From Oculina patagonica (Eukaryota), in contig NC_135761.1 in NCBI RefSeq assembly GCF_052425735.1, forward strand, positions 43,152,001-43,216,000: a stretch of 64,000 nucleotides of DNA, in the 5' to 3' direction. Made by a program: the position numbers and the translations under genes. The notes below the pieces were generated by a model that was given only the letters and a program-made list of their open reading frames with translations, made no database searches and was not told the origin of the DNA. The number at the start of each line of letters is the position of its first letter. The stretch's first letter is position 1. Below are positions 36,701-47,748 of this stretch, piece after piece.

Positions 36701-37891
36701 ATTTAGCTATTATCAATAACATTTCGTTTTTTGCAGATCGCCTCGTTGAACAACGACATTGACAGAAAAGTAAAAGAACTAGCAAACGCACTTAATGAGG
36801 TAAGGATTTGTTTAGCCCCCTTTGTTACCATTAACAGTGACACCGAAAGATAGAAATTGATAAAAATGTATTTTTTCAACATAAAAGATCGTCTTTTTTG
36901 ATACAAATTGGCATAGTAAACCTACAGATGTAAAGTGGTTACAATGAAGACCAAGCGCTAACTCAGTTATGAATGATGTAAATGATTTATCTGTTGTGCA
37001 ACGCTTGATAAAAAAAAGGTTGAAAAACATTTCTTCCTTCCAAACTTATTGCTTTGGCGCAAAAATTCAGAAAAAAAGTATTCCTAGAACCTTATTGTTA
37101 CTTACTTTCACAGGACCTTAATTTCGCGAAAAAGAAATGTGCATATTTCGCGGGACTTAATTCTTGCGATTAGGCCAAAAAATACGTTGAAACAATAACG
37201 ATAATTTGAAAATCGCGAAAATTAAGTCCCGCGAAAATAAGTAACAATAAGGTAGCCATACACTTTTCTCGCAGATTAATATGACTTTACTTTTTTGAAT
37301 CATAATGTATGGTAATATTATGACAGGTTTTGCAAACCAGGAAGAAAGATTGCAACAACTGTAAGATGTTACGGTATGTACATTTAAGTAACATTTAATG
37401 TGGCACTTTGTTTTAATTTTAATTTTATTAAGTTTACAACACCTACATTTTCTGTTTGCATTTTTTGTTTCAGGTAAATGTCTTTAACTTTCACAAAATC
37501 ATAAATGGATTATTAAGTTTAAACAGTGAAAACACTTATACGATTTTGTCTTATTCCGTTTGTTTCGTAATGTTAATTTCGATTCAAAAATTAAACAATT
37601 CGAAGATCGTCAGAAATGCTCCTCCGCGCCACTCTCCTCTCATCGCTTGCAAATGCGATGAAGCATTAGTTTTCCTTTTCTTTTAATATATTACTTGAAA
37701 GAGGATTATGGATAAGTCTAGTATTTTGCTTGGCCTCCGCCTGATTAAACTTTCTTCTGATTTTTTTTTTATTTTGCTCTAACCACTTTAGAAAGCTAAA
37801 CGAGAAATTGAGATTGGAATGTGAAACTGAGGACAAGTTCCGAAGGGCTCAAGTAAGTGGTTTTGTTTTACGGAAAGTAACTATTTGCTAT

Positions 37892-37922
<31 letters not shown>

Positions 37923-37924
37923 TT

Positions 37925-37961
<37 letters not shown>

Positions 37962-39133
37962 GCTCATAGAAAACGAGGGCGAGTAGTCTAGTTGTTTTAG
38001 TAGAAACTCTAAAGGATTGCAGTCCGAAACCTACAATATTTTCCACTTTGATAAGAAAAATCAAGAAAATTTACCGCTTAAAAAGCTACGCGCGCGCGAC
38101 TGTTTTCTATCGGCGAATAGAAAACAGTGGGAGAACCAATCAGATTCGCGGATTTCCAATAGAACACAGCTGAGTTTTTACTAAATAAAGGTAATGTTGT
38201 CTCTAAATGAAATGAAATAAATCAGAGAAGAATGAAGAATGAAGAATGGTTATTGTCGTTGAATAACGTTGCTTAAACAACAAAATCAACATAAAAAAAT
38301 AAAAAATAAAAAACAAGATTGGCTTGTTCAATGGAAACAGAGAGTCCATTCTTGCAGCTCTTATTAAAGACCTTCTGTCAGTATGGAGGAGATATATATT
38401 TTTCATGTATTACAGGACGGGATGGTTGTCTTTAGAGATCAATGTAAAAGGTTACTTTCGTATCGTGGAGTAATATTTAATATCGAATTTTTTTATTTTA
38501 GCTAAACAAAGTCAGATTGCAGGCTGATGTTCATTTGGTGAGTAAAACAATTACATTGTATTATTATTTTTGATCTTTTTCTGAAAGCAAAGAAAATGAA
38601 AGAAAACTGTGATTTGATATTCTTATTCTGTCAAGGATTTTTTGGTATATGGTAAAACGGTCCTCGAAATTAATCAAAAAGTACTTGTAATGCAACAAGT
38701 CGGGTACACATTGCTCAATTTTAAGTATTCTCTTAAACTAATCATCTCTTTTTTTAGCAAATGGTAAATGACCACAAATGGCAGAACGACGTTCTACGAC
38801 AAAGGTAAGATTAATGACAGTGAATTTAAGCCATCATGGTTTAGAAGTTCCTTTAATATTAAGGTCATTGCCCCGAAATAGAACTGAACATAGATTTTCA
38901 ACCAAACTTTGCCTACTTGTTGATTACCGTAAGGAGACTTAAATATTGAAATAACCAAGTGGGGTCCCCATGTTCGTTTAGGAGCGGAAGACCTTGTATA
39001 TAACCCCATTATTCCTTAATAATTATCTTGGTACTACTGGTAAACATTTCCTGTGATAATTTATTTTTCAAACAAAGGAATTGATCTGTTTTCGTTTTAC
39101 AGAAAGAACTTGAACGCTACAACCAAAATATGA
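21756..39133 (+). CDS. Multi-exon membrane protein (~560 aa): signal peptide, short ectodomain, one TM segment and a long modular coiled coil. Exons 21756-21822, 22205-22269, 23047-23121, 24275-24331, 24434-24467, 24874-24938, 25463-25558, 25813-25854, 26675-26737, 27181-27243, 28038-28079, 28201-28263, 29091-29153, 29318-29380, 29657-29719, 29916-29957, 32137-32199, 32815-32877, 33099-33161, 33796-33858, 34148-34210, 34591-34653, 35679-35741, 36737-36799, 37327-37373, 37792-37852, 38502-38537, 38758-38804, 39103-39133 (last exon uncertain)
   Basis: Each exon has an AG acceptor (mostly after a pyrimidine-rich tract) and a GT donor, and phases join without stops. N-terminus MNCRLVFRVILVLLIARLV; TM ALSLATLLTTIPFGYLLGWLFL. 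Exons 1-6 and 8 are conserved with matching phases and near-identical lengths in the paralog at 56018+, while introns have diverged. Confidence 0.82.
23600..23905. mobile_element. Fold-back (near-palindromic) MITE in an intron
   Basis: cttagccggctgggcctggggaacgaggaacaagtggctctgg pairs with ccagagccacttgttcctcttgccccaggctcagccgactaag; inner arms aaatctagccaattaaatcaac / gttgatttgattggctagattt. Confidence 0.8.
26806..27003. mobile_element. Short insertion containing a tRNA-like sequence (~26864-26934), flanked by a 13-bp direct repeat
   Basis: taaccctgagatt at 26793-26805 and 27004-27016; internal tggtgtagtgg (A box) and gggttcgaatcc (B box); non-canonical anticodon arm. Confidence 0.7.
30811..31000 (+). 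pseudogene. Decayed copies of the 63-nt coiled-coil exon (30811-~30870 with a stop; 30905-31000 with an internal inverted duplication); further remnants near 31550-31615
   Basis: The start ttt/att gcc agg tca resembles intact exons 32815 and 33796; each reads into a TAA. Confidence 0.65.
32530..32700 (+). mobile_element. Decayed SINE body fragment
   Basis: ggcaagatacc..ctctctcaacccagatgtacaaatgg..gggggtagccgtgcgatgaactag resembles the conserved body of tRNA-derived metazoan SINEs (recognition only). Confidence 0.45.
37089..37254. mobile_element. Small MITE
   Basis: TIR accttattgttactta / taagtaacaataaggt with internal ttcgcg motifs. Confidence 0.7.
37889..38187. mobile_element. Non-autonomous element with a long terminal hairpin
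   Basis: aacaattagactac..gagcgatagtcaac(tcggctgcgcctc)gttgactatcgctc..gtagtctagttgtt hairpin; ttagtagaaactc / gagtttttactaa inverted pair. Confidence 0.65.
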
Positions 39134-41599
39134 GAAAAAAATGACAGGTGCCCATACTCGTTCACGAGAAAGAGACGACCAACTTTTCTCTCGGACTAAG
39201 CCGCATAGAAAAAAGCCGCCATGTAATGCGCAATGTAATACAGGGCAATGATCTGGAAAGCTTTACCCTAGTCATTTTAAAAAAATTAACAAATCATCTC
39301 TGTCAAAGTTGATTTTTTTTTAATTTTATGGCCGATAAGGTTAAAAACGAGAGTATTTATTGATTTTCGAGACACTGTGGTGGGTCTCGATTGGGCAAAG
39401 TATGTAGTACCTCCTAACGCAGCCAAAATGTCATTTTCCATCAAACGAAAACTGTTTTCGTCTAGCCTCGGTTAACCGTTGCAGTGAGCAATGTTTAAAG
39501 AAGAACTATTTTTGACGCAAACTCAATGGGGTGGTTTTCACAGTGATAGCCTTTTAAAGTAAAAAAGAATGTTTGAATTGTTTCTTAGTTTTAGTTTGCC
39601 TTTGTCTCCTCTTGTCTAGTCTAACATCTCAAGCGAAAATAAAAATATCTCATATCTTTCAGAAAGCTAGACAATTGTAATCTGTGAATGCGAGTAAAGT
39701 TAGCAGGAGGTGGTCCTCATCTCGAGTTTGAAAGCAAATAATTTTTTAGTGTAATAGCTCATAGTAACCTTCATGTATGCTCTTATTCTTTAGGTTGAAC
39801 GGTTTAACCCTGCAATCTGCACCATATAAACCACCGTGATTCATTTTCCGCTCTGCCGAATAATTTTACATAAAGTTTTCTAGCAATTTGAACAATGTTT
39901 TTATTGAATTGCGTTTATTTTGTAAAGTTTATCGTTGGACTGTAAACACCTTGCCAGGTGTTCACTGGAAACAACAATTCATAGTTTGAGTAAGTTCTCT
40001 AAATGTTTCAAATAAAATATTTTACACGTGTTGTATGTACTTTTCTTGCGTCGAATTCGTGAGATTTTCCTCCCCGGGGGGCCGGGAAAGGGGGGGGGGG
40101 CGAAAGGAGGAAAACTCAGGATCCCACAAAATCTAATTTCCGACATTACCCCAAAAATCCTAAACCAAAAACCCCAAATAATAACCCTGGGGGGGGAAAA
40201 AAAAAAAAATTTTTTTTATTATATTAAAAAAAAAAACCTTTTCCCCTTCAAAAAACCAAAAAAACAAAACAAAAATCAAAACAACAAACCCCCCCGCTTA
40301 GGAACCCCAAAGAAACCTCACTGCGTAGTTATGACGAGATATAATGAGAAAAGGTAAACGACACTTTTAAAATTTAGAAATGGTTTACTTTATCGATTCA
40401 TGCGTAATTGTATACTTTAGAGTTGTGGTGCACGCGGGAAGTTTAAAGAGTAGGAAAGAAGCGTAAGAGTAGCCGAGAGAAACTGTAGCTTTATAACATT
40501 GCCGGTGGAAATTTACAGCAAACCCGCGCCGCAGAAGAAACAAAAACAATATCAGATGTGATTCTTCACGGGAAAGGAGGGTTGCTTTAGTCCAGTTTTC
40601 TGTTCGAAGCTCCAGTTTTATTTTACTCTCGTTTAAAAACAATTGAATTGCGTTCGACGGTAGGAGAACGCATCCTAATCTTGTGGTGACCTGTGGTTCC
40701 GCAGTTGTCCTGTGAACGCGCAAGCGAAAGTCGTTCTATGTGTCGGTTATGTATGTATGTGGTATGTGGCTAGATGGCCCGATCGTGAGAAGTCATTAGA
40801 AAGAATTAATTGTCAAAATGACATTAGACCGTAAAGAGAGAGCGCGCGCAGAATCAATTCAATTAAGCGGATACCGCTAGGCTGTAAACCTTTTGCATTC
40901 GAGTGTGGCAGTACGTATCCTAATCTTCAGTTGGCGACCTGTAAACACACAAGCGGAAGTCGTTCTAGCTATGTGTCTTTTTGTGAGTGATATTAACCTT
41001 TGTTATAAGGAACTGTGACAGACCCTCTTTGGAAGAATCGTTTTGTGTTAAAACAGTTTCACCAAGTAATCTCTCTTTTTTATTAATTCGTGGGCCCCTT
41101 TTTGCTCCCATCTCATCTTGGGTACCTATCTTGGGTCGAACACACTCCTCTAATCTCTGATTATTACTAGTTTAAAAACATAAACGCTCTAGGAGGGCAC
41201 TTTTATTTCCTGATTGAATACAAATTTCTGTTAACTGTTGAGGAAAGACCGTGCGTTTTATAGCATGCTACATTTTCAGTTTCTGTGAGAGAGTACAATT
41301 CCCACAAAATTTGAACAAGGCGTCAAAATAAGTTAAAATGCTTCAAAAAGTACATCGATTCGCGGAAAAAAGACTGTTACAAAACGGTTTAACATCATGG
41401 GCTAACTTTGAATACAGTAGGAGGACAAGCCTGGTCGGGAATTGGATCTAAGGGTGATACGAACATTTTGAATGGTGCAGTTGTGGAAGAGATATTCAGA
41501 GCCGCTTGTGCTTTTCTCAGTTCCAGTGGACATAACGACGCTGTTTTCCTGAACGTGTTTGAAAATATTTGTGGCGAAAACAGCAAGAAATTTGGATCT

Positions 41600-42250
41600 G
41601 CCGAAGCTTTTCGTAGTCTCTTCGAAGAAGGTCGTAAATTAGTCGTGGTTTCCGCGTTTGATCTACCATCTTTGTTCTGCCGTCGCTATAACAGCGAACA
41701 TAACGGTTTTTGGGTTTATTGTTGTTTTTTTTTAAAATGGTTAAAAAAAAAAAAAAATTTTTATAATTAACGGGGCAATAAGTCACTTGAGTCAGATGTA
41801 CCCAATATTTCACTCAGAAAAAGTCCCGTATCTACCAGTAATGGGAAACTAAAAAGCCAGCAAACGTCCAGGTGAGTAGGATGGCTATTCAGCGCGAATC
41901 TTGGTTGAAATAAACCCAAGCTTTATTTCGAAAACGATGGCGACAAATCTATTAGCTGCTTTCCACACCAAGCTTTTAGCCGAAACAAAGATTGACATTA
42001 ACCTTGAGTTGGTTACCAATTAGGTTATTTCAACAAGCAATACCAACAGCGGAAAAAGACAAATCCGACGCAGCCATGCCTGTTCACGATAAAATAGTTA
42101 ATTGGCTTTCGTAAATGTCGGTGTTTGTTGATAATGATGATTACGAAGGTGTTCCCAAGAAAACTGTCCAGCAAAATCAGATACGCAAAGAGTTTTATTG
42201 CTCCAGTGAAGTTTTGTTCTAAATTTCTGGGATCGTGTTGTTGTTTCTCA
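41600..42250 (-). pseudogene. Heavily decayed GPCR-A pseudogene (paralog of 1193-2332)
   Basis: Minus-strand remnants LGNTFVIIII..HRHLRK, LVWKAANRFVAIVF and RQNKDGRSNAETT..SSKRLRKA align to GPCR-A with deletions and frameshifts. Confidence 0.8.
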
Positions 42251-42618
42251 GGGTTGAGATGATGAGCCAGCCTTGATAGTTGACTCGAGTGATAGAATTG
42301 TTGAGGTTGCTTTTAGGCAGTCTTTAGAAACGGCAAGAAGATAAATAAAAAACAGACTTACGGGCAAATGAGCAAGAAATACCACAGCTGAAAGAAACAT
42401 TTGAGCGGTTCACAAAGCACCTTTTAAATCGTTCTCGATTCTTTAAGCTATATTGGTCTCTCAATCTTGGCTCGAACGTCTTTTGTTCTGTTAAAATATC
42501 GCATAACGCTATTAAATGTAAACATAATTAGTTTGCTGTACTTACATTTTTAAACATTTATTTGCGAACAATTTTTTGTCCATTTGCTCTTCCTGCCCTT
42601 TGTATCATGAAAATATCA

Positions 42619-43756
42619 TTACAAAACAGTATCCAAAGTTTCTTTGGAATTTTCTGTAACCTGGGAAGTCGTCGACAGTTTTCTCCAGGGAGATATTCTA
42701 TCTTTTTTAGAGTAATTTGCTCTTGCCGTTTTGCCATCTTTTTGTTTCGCGTTCTCAAGCAGGGATGTAAAATGTTTCTTAATCCATGACGATAACTTTC
42801 GACAAATGACAGGCATATTATTGGATTGATAGTAGAAGATAAGCAAAACATAAAAACTGCTAACACGTTAAACCATCTCTGAAAGGCACAACAAGTTCTC
42901 CAGTAGGGTACAAAATATAGCAAAATGTGTGGAATAACACAAATGCAAAATAGCAATACGATGACAACCGTCATTTTAGTAGCTTGTCTTCGTTTCTTTA
43001 GAGAATGTCGTTGTACATTTGGTACGGTGCTTGCTAGGGCTTTATTCTGTCTCTTTAAAGCAATTGCTATCGCAGTGTACAGAAAGGTTATTATAAATAA
43101 CCGCGCAATAAGGCGGAGAGTGATATGAAGCCAGAAATATCCAACACCAGCTCTCTGACTAGTAAAAACTGATTCTATGTTCACAAGACTACAACTGAAA
43201 ACGTGTGGTTGCCATGTTCAGTAAGGCCCCGAGTTATAAGCGCTGGAAAATAGAAAACGCCTCCAACAATCCAGGTACAAGCTATGGCTATTGTGCGAAC
43301 CTTGGCTGAAATAAGCCCAAGTTTTACTGGAAAGACGACGGCGACAAATCTATCAATTGCTATCCACACCAAGCTTTGAGTAGAAACAATGACTGACAGA
43401 TCGCTTGCGAAATAGAAAAACTTGCACAAAATAGATCCCAAAATTCCACTGACACGCCAATGCCTCGAGTCGGTCACTAATTCAGTTATTTGAACAGTTA
43501 ATATCATCAGTGGAAAAACCAAATCCGACACGGCCATGTTCACGATGAAATAATTAACTGTTTTTCTTAAATGTCGGTGTTTGTAGACAATGATGATTAC
43601 GAAAGTGTTCCCGAAGAAACTGCCCAGCCAAATAGAAAAATACGCCAAAAGAATGAAAATTTCCCCTGCATTTGAATCAACAGAGAAACATTGCACGTTC
43701 TGTTCTGTTGCAGTTATGTTGGAAAGAATTGACGTCATATTGGGTGTAAGTAACAT
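42619..43756 (-). pseudogene. Near full-length GPCR-B with a 5-nt insertion (~43195) and a 1-nt C-terminal frameshift (~42672)
   Basis: ORFs 43181-43756 (TM1-4, DRF) and 42558-43184 (TM5-7, NPIIC) join as GNHTF-CSLVNIES if tcagt is removed; the ETLDTVL* end lies in a third frame. Confidence 0.85.
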
Positions 43757-46700
43757 CTTACATGTCCCACTGTTTTTGTTTCGAGTCCAACTGTATTGTC
43801 GCTACTAGCACAATCTTAAATAAATACATCCTTCTTCATAGCTTAATTTAAAATGTAAGCCATTTCCGCTGGTTTTATGTCTGTCAATTATTTTTATTTC
43901 AAGCCGCTTTTAACAAATTAATCAATTGCGACAAGTTTACTTTGAGTGTTGCAAGAGATAAAACCAAAGGTTTATAATAAAAACAACTGAGGACTTCATC
44001 AGTGTAAAACACAATCAATGTGGGATTAAAAGTTAATATCGCATCACAGTAATGTTTTTTTTACAAATCGTATTAACAGAATTCATCCGAACAGACAGAA
44101 AGGTTTCTTTTTAAGGAAAACCATTTTTTTTCATGTATGAAATTTATGGTAAATGAAATAGGAAATGTGATGTCAAAATGAATTTTATTTATTAACACTG
44201 GATTGTGTTTCTTTCCTTGCCGATAGCACCCAAATAATATTGCACGGAACAAACAAATGCTAAGAATTAATGAAGGTAAAATTGCTACCCTGAGTGGCGG
44301 TTAATGCTTCAACAAAATATTGACATGCCTGGTGGGGCGGGTGTCTGTGTTGGGGGGGGGGGGGGTGGGAGGGGAAACACAATAAATGCCCTCTATCGTA
44401 ATTCGCATGTGGTAAGTGCTCACAAATATGCATGTTTTTAATTCACATATCCGTTAGCATTGAACACCCTTGAACAGTAGATCCAGCAGCTTAATTTTTT
44501 GATAAGTGTCTCCTTAAAATGTTCTTCAAACGCCGACTTGAATACTAAAGAAAAACAAACGGATTTGTAGAACAATATTATAGCTATTTAAAATGAAACA
44601 GTTTTGGTATGAAAAAAATTAAAGCAGAAGCGAGTGGATACTTTGCTAATGTAGAATTTAACTAATATTTCATTTGTGTTAATTTGCATCTTCTGCATTA
44701 TTCAAATTTATTTATAAAAGACCGTCTTATTATTTTTTTGTCCTTACAAAAAAGGTCAGTTGTCTTGACCACATAGAGCGAAGGAAGTAATTTCAAATTG
44801 AAAGCAATAAAAAATTATTAAAATTACATAGAAAACGTTTTCTTTGTTGACATAAAGTGTAGAACTTATCGAGCCAAGTCCATTTTCTTTCCTGTCAACG
44901 GTCAGTAATAAGGCAAACTGAACAACCGGGGGGCTCTGCTTTTATGCTTGGCTTTAATATTTATTATCACTTAATTGCGGTTCTTCCCTTGCTGATGCAC
45001 GCAAGTAATATTGTAGGGAACAAACAAATGATCAGATTTAATGAAGGTAAAATTGCTACCCTGAGTGGCGGTTAATGCTTCAACAAAATACGAACATTCT
45101 TAGTGCTTATTGGTATGTCAAAGGCCATGGGTTTTCAGGTTTTTCAGTCCGACCCAAAAAGGGCAACTTTTTTGCGCTTTTTGTTTGATTCGGGGCGTTT
45201 CTTTCATAAGTTTTTTTAAACTATGTTGCCTAAAATTACAGTACTTTAGCGCCCAACTAAACAAAAACAGATTTGTCTAGTATAATGTGGTAGATGCTTA
45301 ACTTTCAATGTTACAGAAATGAGATAAAGAAGACCTGTTGACACTGTTCTTAGTTGTAGTGTTTCCCTTGAGTAGGGTGTCGGTTTTCGAGTTTGGGTCC
45401 AAAACACTAGCGTTTGTTTCCAATTATAAGGTGTATCGTGATTTTGTCCTAACAGCTGTACTAACATTGGAAATACCCTTTTGTTAGTTTGTCTTTTGTC
45501 AGACAACACGTTCGTCTTTAATAATTAATTTTCCATTTTAACCTCCAGCGTTAATAACGGACACTCAAAGCTATTTCAAACAAAATTTTATTCATGCCCT
45601 TTATCGTAATTCACATGTGGTAAGTGTTGTTTTAGATGCGTGTTCAATAAATATTTTTTTTTTACTTAAATCTGCAACGTTTTAAAAAAATTGATCACAA
45701 ACACTAATTTCTACACCATATTTTATTAATACCCTCTATCATAATTCGCATGTGGTATGTGCTGACTGACAGGCATGTTTTATTCCACATATCATTTAGC
45801 ATCTAAAAACACCCTTAAACGGTGAGTTCAGACCATCTTTCGACAATGAAGATCCAAAAGCCTACCTATCCGGTAAGTATATCCTTAAAACTTTTTTTTC
45901 AACGCAGACTTGAGTTTTAAAGAAAAACGAAAAGGTTTATAGAAGTTTATACCAAATGTTTATACGGAAACGGCTTGATATGAAAACAATAAAAAGAAAC
46001 TTGAAAATGTTGAACGTTATGCAAGTGATGATATCGATGCATTCACTGGAATTGTGTATTGTAAAATTTAAGTAATATTTGTGTTAAATTTCGTGTTCTG
46101 ACATATTCAAATCGTTGTGAAAGAAGTGAGCTTATCCAATGTTCAGGGTCTTCTTCGTTTTTATTCTATCAATATTAAGAAAGTTGCAATCCGAGCAACC
46201 CATGATGTTAATGGAATGATCTATCACAGGTTTGTCCTCGGCTTTAGGAAAATACATAACATTTTTTTTTTCTTTCGCCACATCTTGTAGTTTTTCAAGT
46301 TGAAATGCAAGTTATTTTGCATCTGCCTTTGTGCGCGCTGTGTACTTAACTTTCATGGTTGTTGTTCATTGATAAGACTACAGTTGTCATAACGGTACCT
46401 GTGGGAATTGATGTATTCGTGAAATAACGTTCCTAAGACTTGGCATTGTAAACATCATGACATGTTGCACGTACACTGTACTCAGACCATCATGAAATAT
46501 GCAGTAAGAAAATTGGCAGAGAGTAATGTTTTGTTTGTCAATGTAAAGGTCTGTTCACGATGTTCAAACACATTGCATTTGATGGTCATCAAACAGTGAC
46601 AAATCGACTTCAGTTTAGGAAAATCTTTTGGTTTGTTGTGAAATAATTTTTCGGTAAACTTACGAGTGTTTCTAGAATCATGAACAAAGGACTTATGCTT

Positions 46701-47748
46701 TAGAAATAAGTGGCACATTTATGTCTGCTGATTTGCAAGGATAGAGGTCTCTTCAACCGTTTGAACTTGACTATTTGTGTAATCACTTTAAGTAAAACAC
46801 TGTTAAAACCATGTACACTTAACGTTTTCGTTCATTCAAAATCATCACAGTGTCTTGTAAGTATTAGTATTTTATTAAACAATGATGAGGTACAGCGAGT
46901 ATCTTGATAATAAATAGTTTTTCATCAGCAATTTTGTTTTGGTCTGTCCTTTTCTTTTTTTTCGAGCCTCCGTTCGAAGAAGCTTTGGAGGCTAACAAAT
47001 GTTTTGAAATTAACTTAGGGCTCTGTACGTGTAGTAGGATTATTTAATAAAAAATACGCCCTTTAACGATAGCAAACGCTAGCCGTGACAAATGATGATA
47101 AACATTGTTTTGTAAATTAACAGACAGTGTGGCTGCTGGGTTGTGTAAACAAACTACCATTATTTATAAAAACTCAGTAAGTCATCAACAACAGGCAATG
47201 ATCTCACCCACAAAATCTTTTCTGGAGTTTAACTTCGATGATTCCTCGACCCAATTCTTTAACAATGAAGCTTTCGTAGCTGGTGGTATTCATTCCCGGC
47301 AGACGGGAGGGGCGAAGCTGGGAAATAATTTTTGCTTTGCCGGCCTTGTTTAACTTTACGACTTCAAAGCTATAATTATTCAAAAAAACTATTAAAGAAA
47401 TAAAACCAAACACTGACAACAAACGCGAACCTCAGGACGTTATTAACCTTGCCTTGCAAATTAACAGACAGTGTGGCTGCTGAGGTGTGTAAACAAACTA
47501 CCAACATAAAAACTTAACAGGACACCACAACAGACAATTATCTAACGGTGTTTTTGTTTTCCACAATACCTCAACCCAATTATTTCAACAAAATAGCGTT
47601 CATAGCCCTGACGGGATGTTTTCTGTCGCCTTGTAAATCACAATGTACTAGTACTACTACAATAAAAATCCTACATCCTGTGCACCCCCTTCAACAAATA
47701 ACGCTACCATAGCTCTGTGTAACACTTTATTCAATGTATTTTCAGCCG

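Noticed and set aside
40028-40357. Lys/Gly/Pro-rich 109-aa ORF
   Set aside because: Homopolymer-inflated sequence typical of a low-quality consensus; 55110-55200 looks similar.
41408-41770. 120-aa plus-strand ORF
   Set aside because: It overlaps the antisense strand of decayed GPCR sequence and has no recognisable motif.
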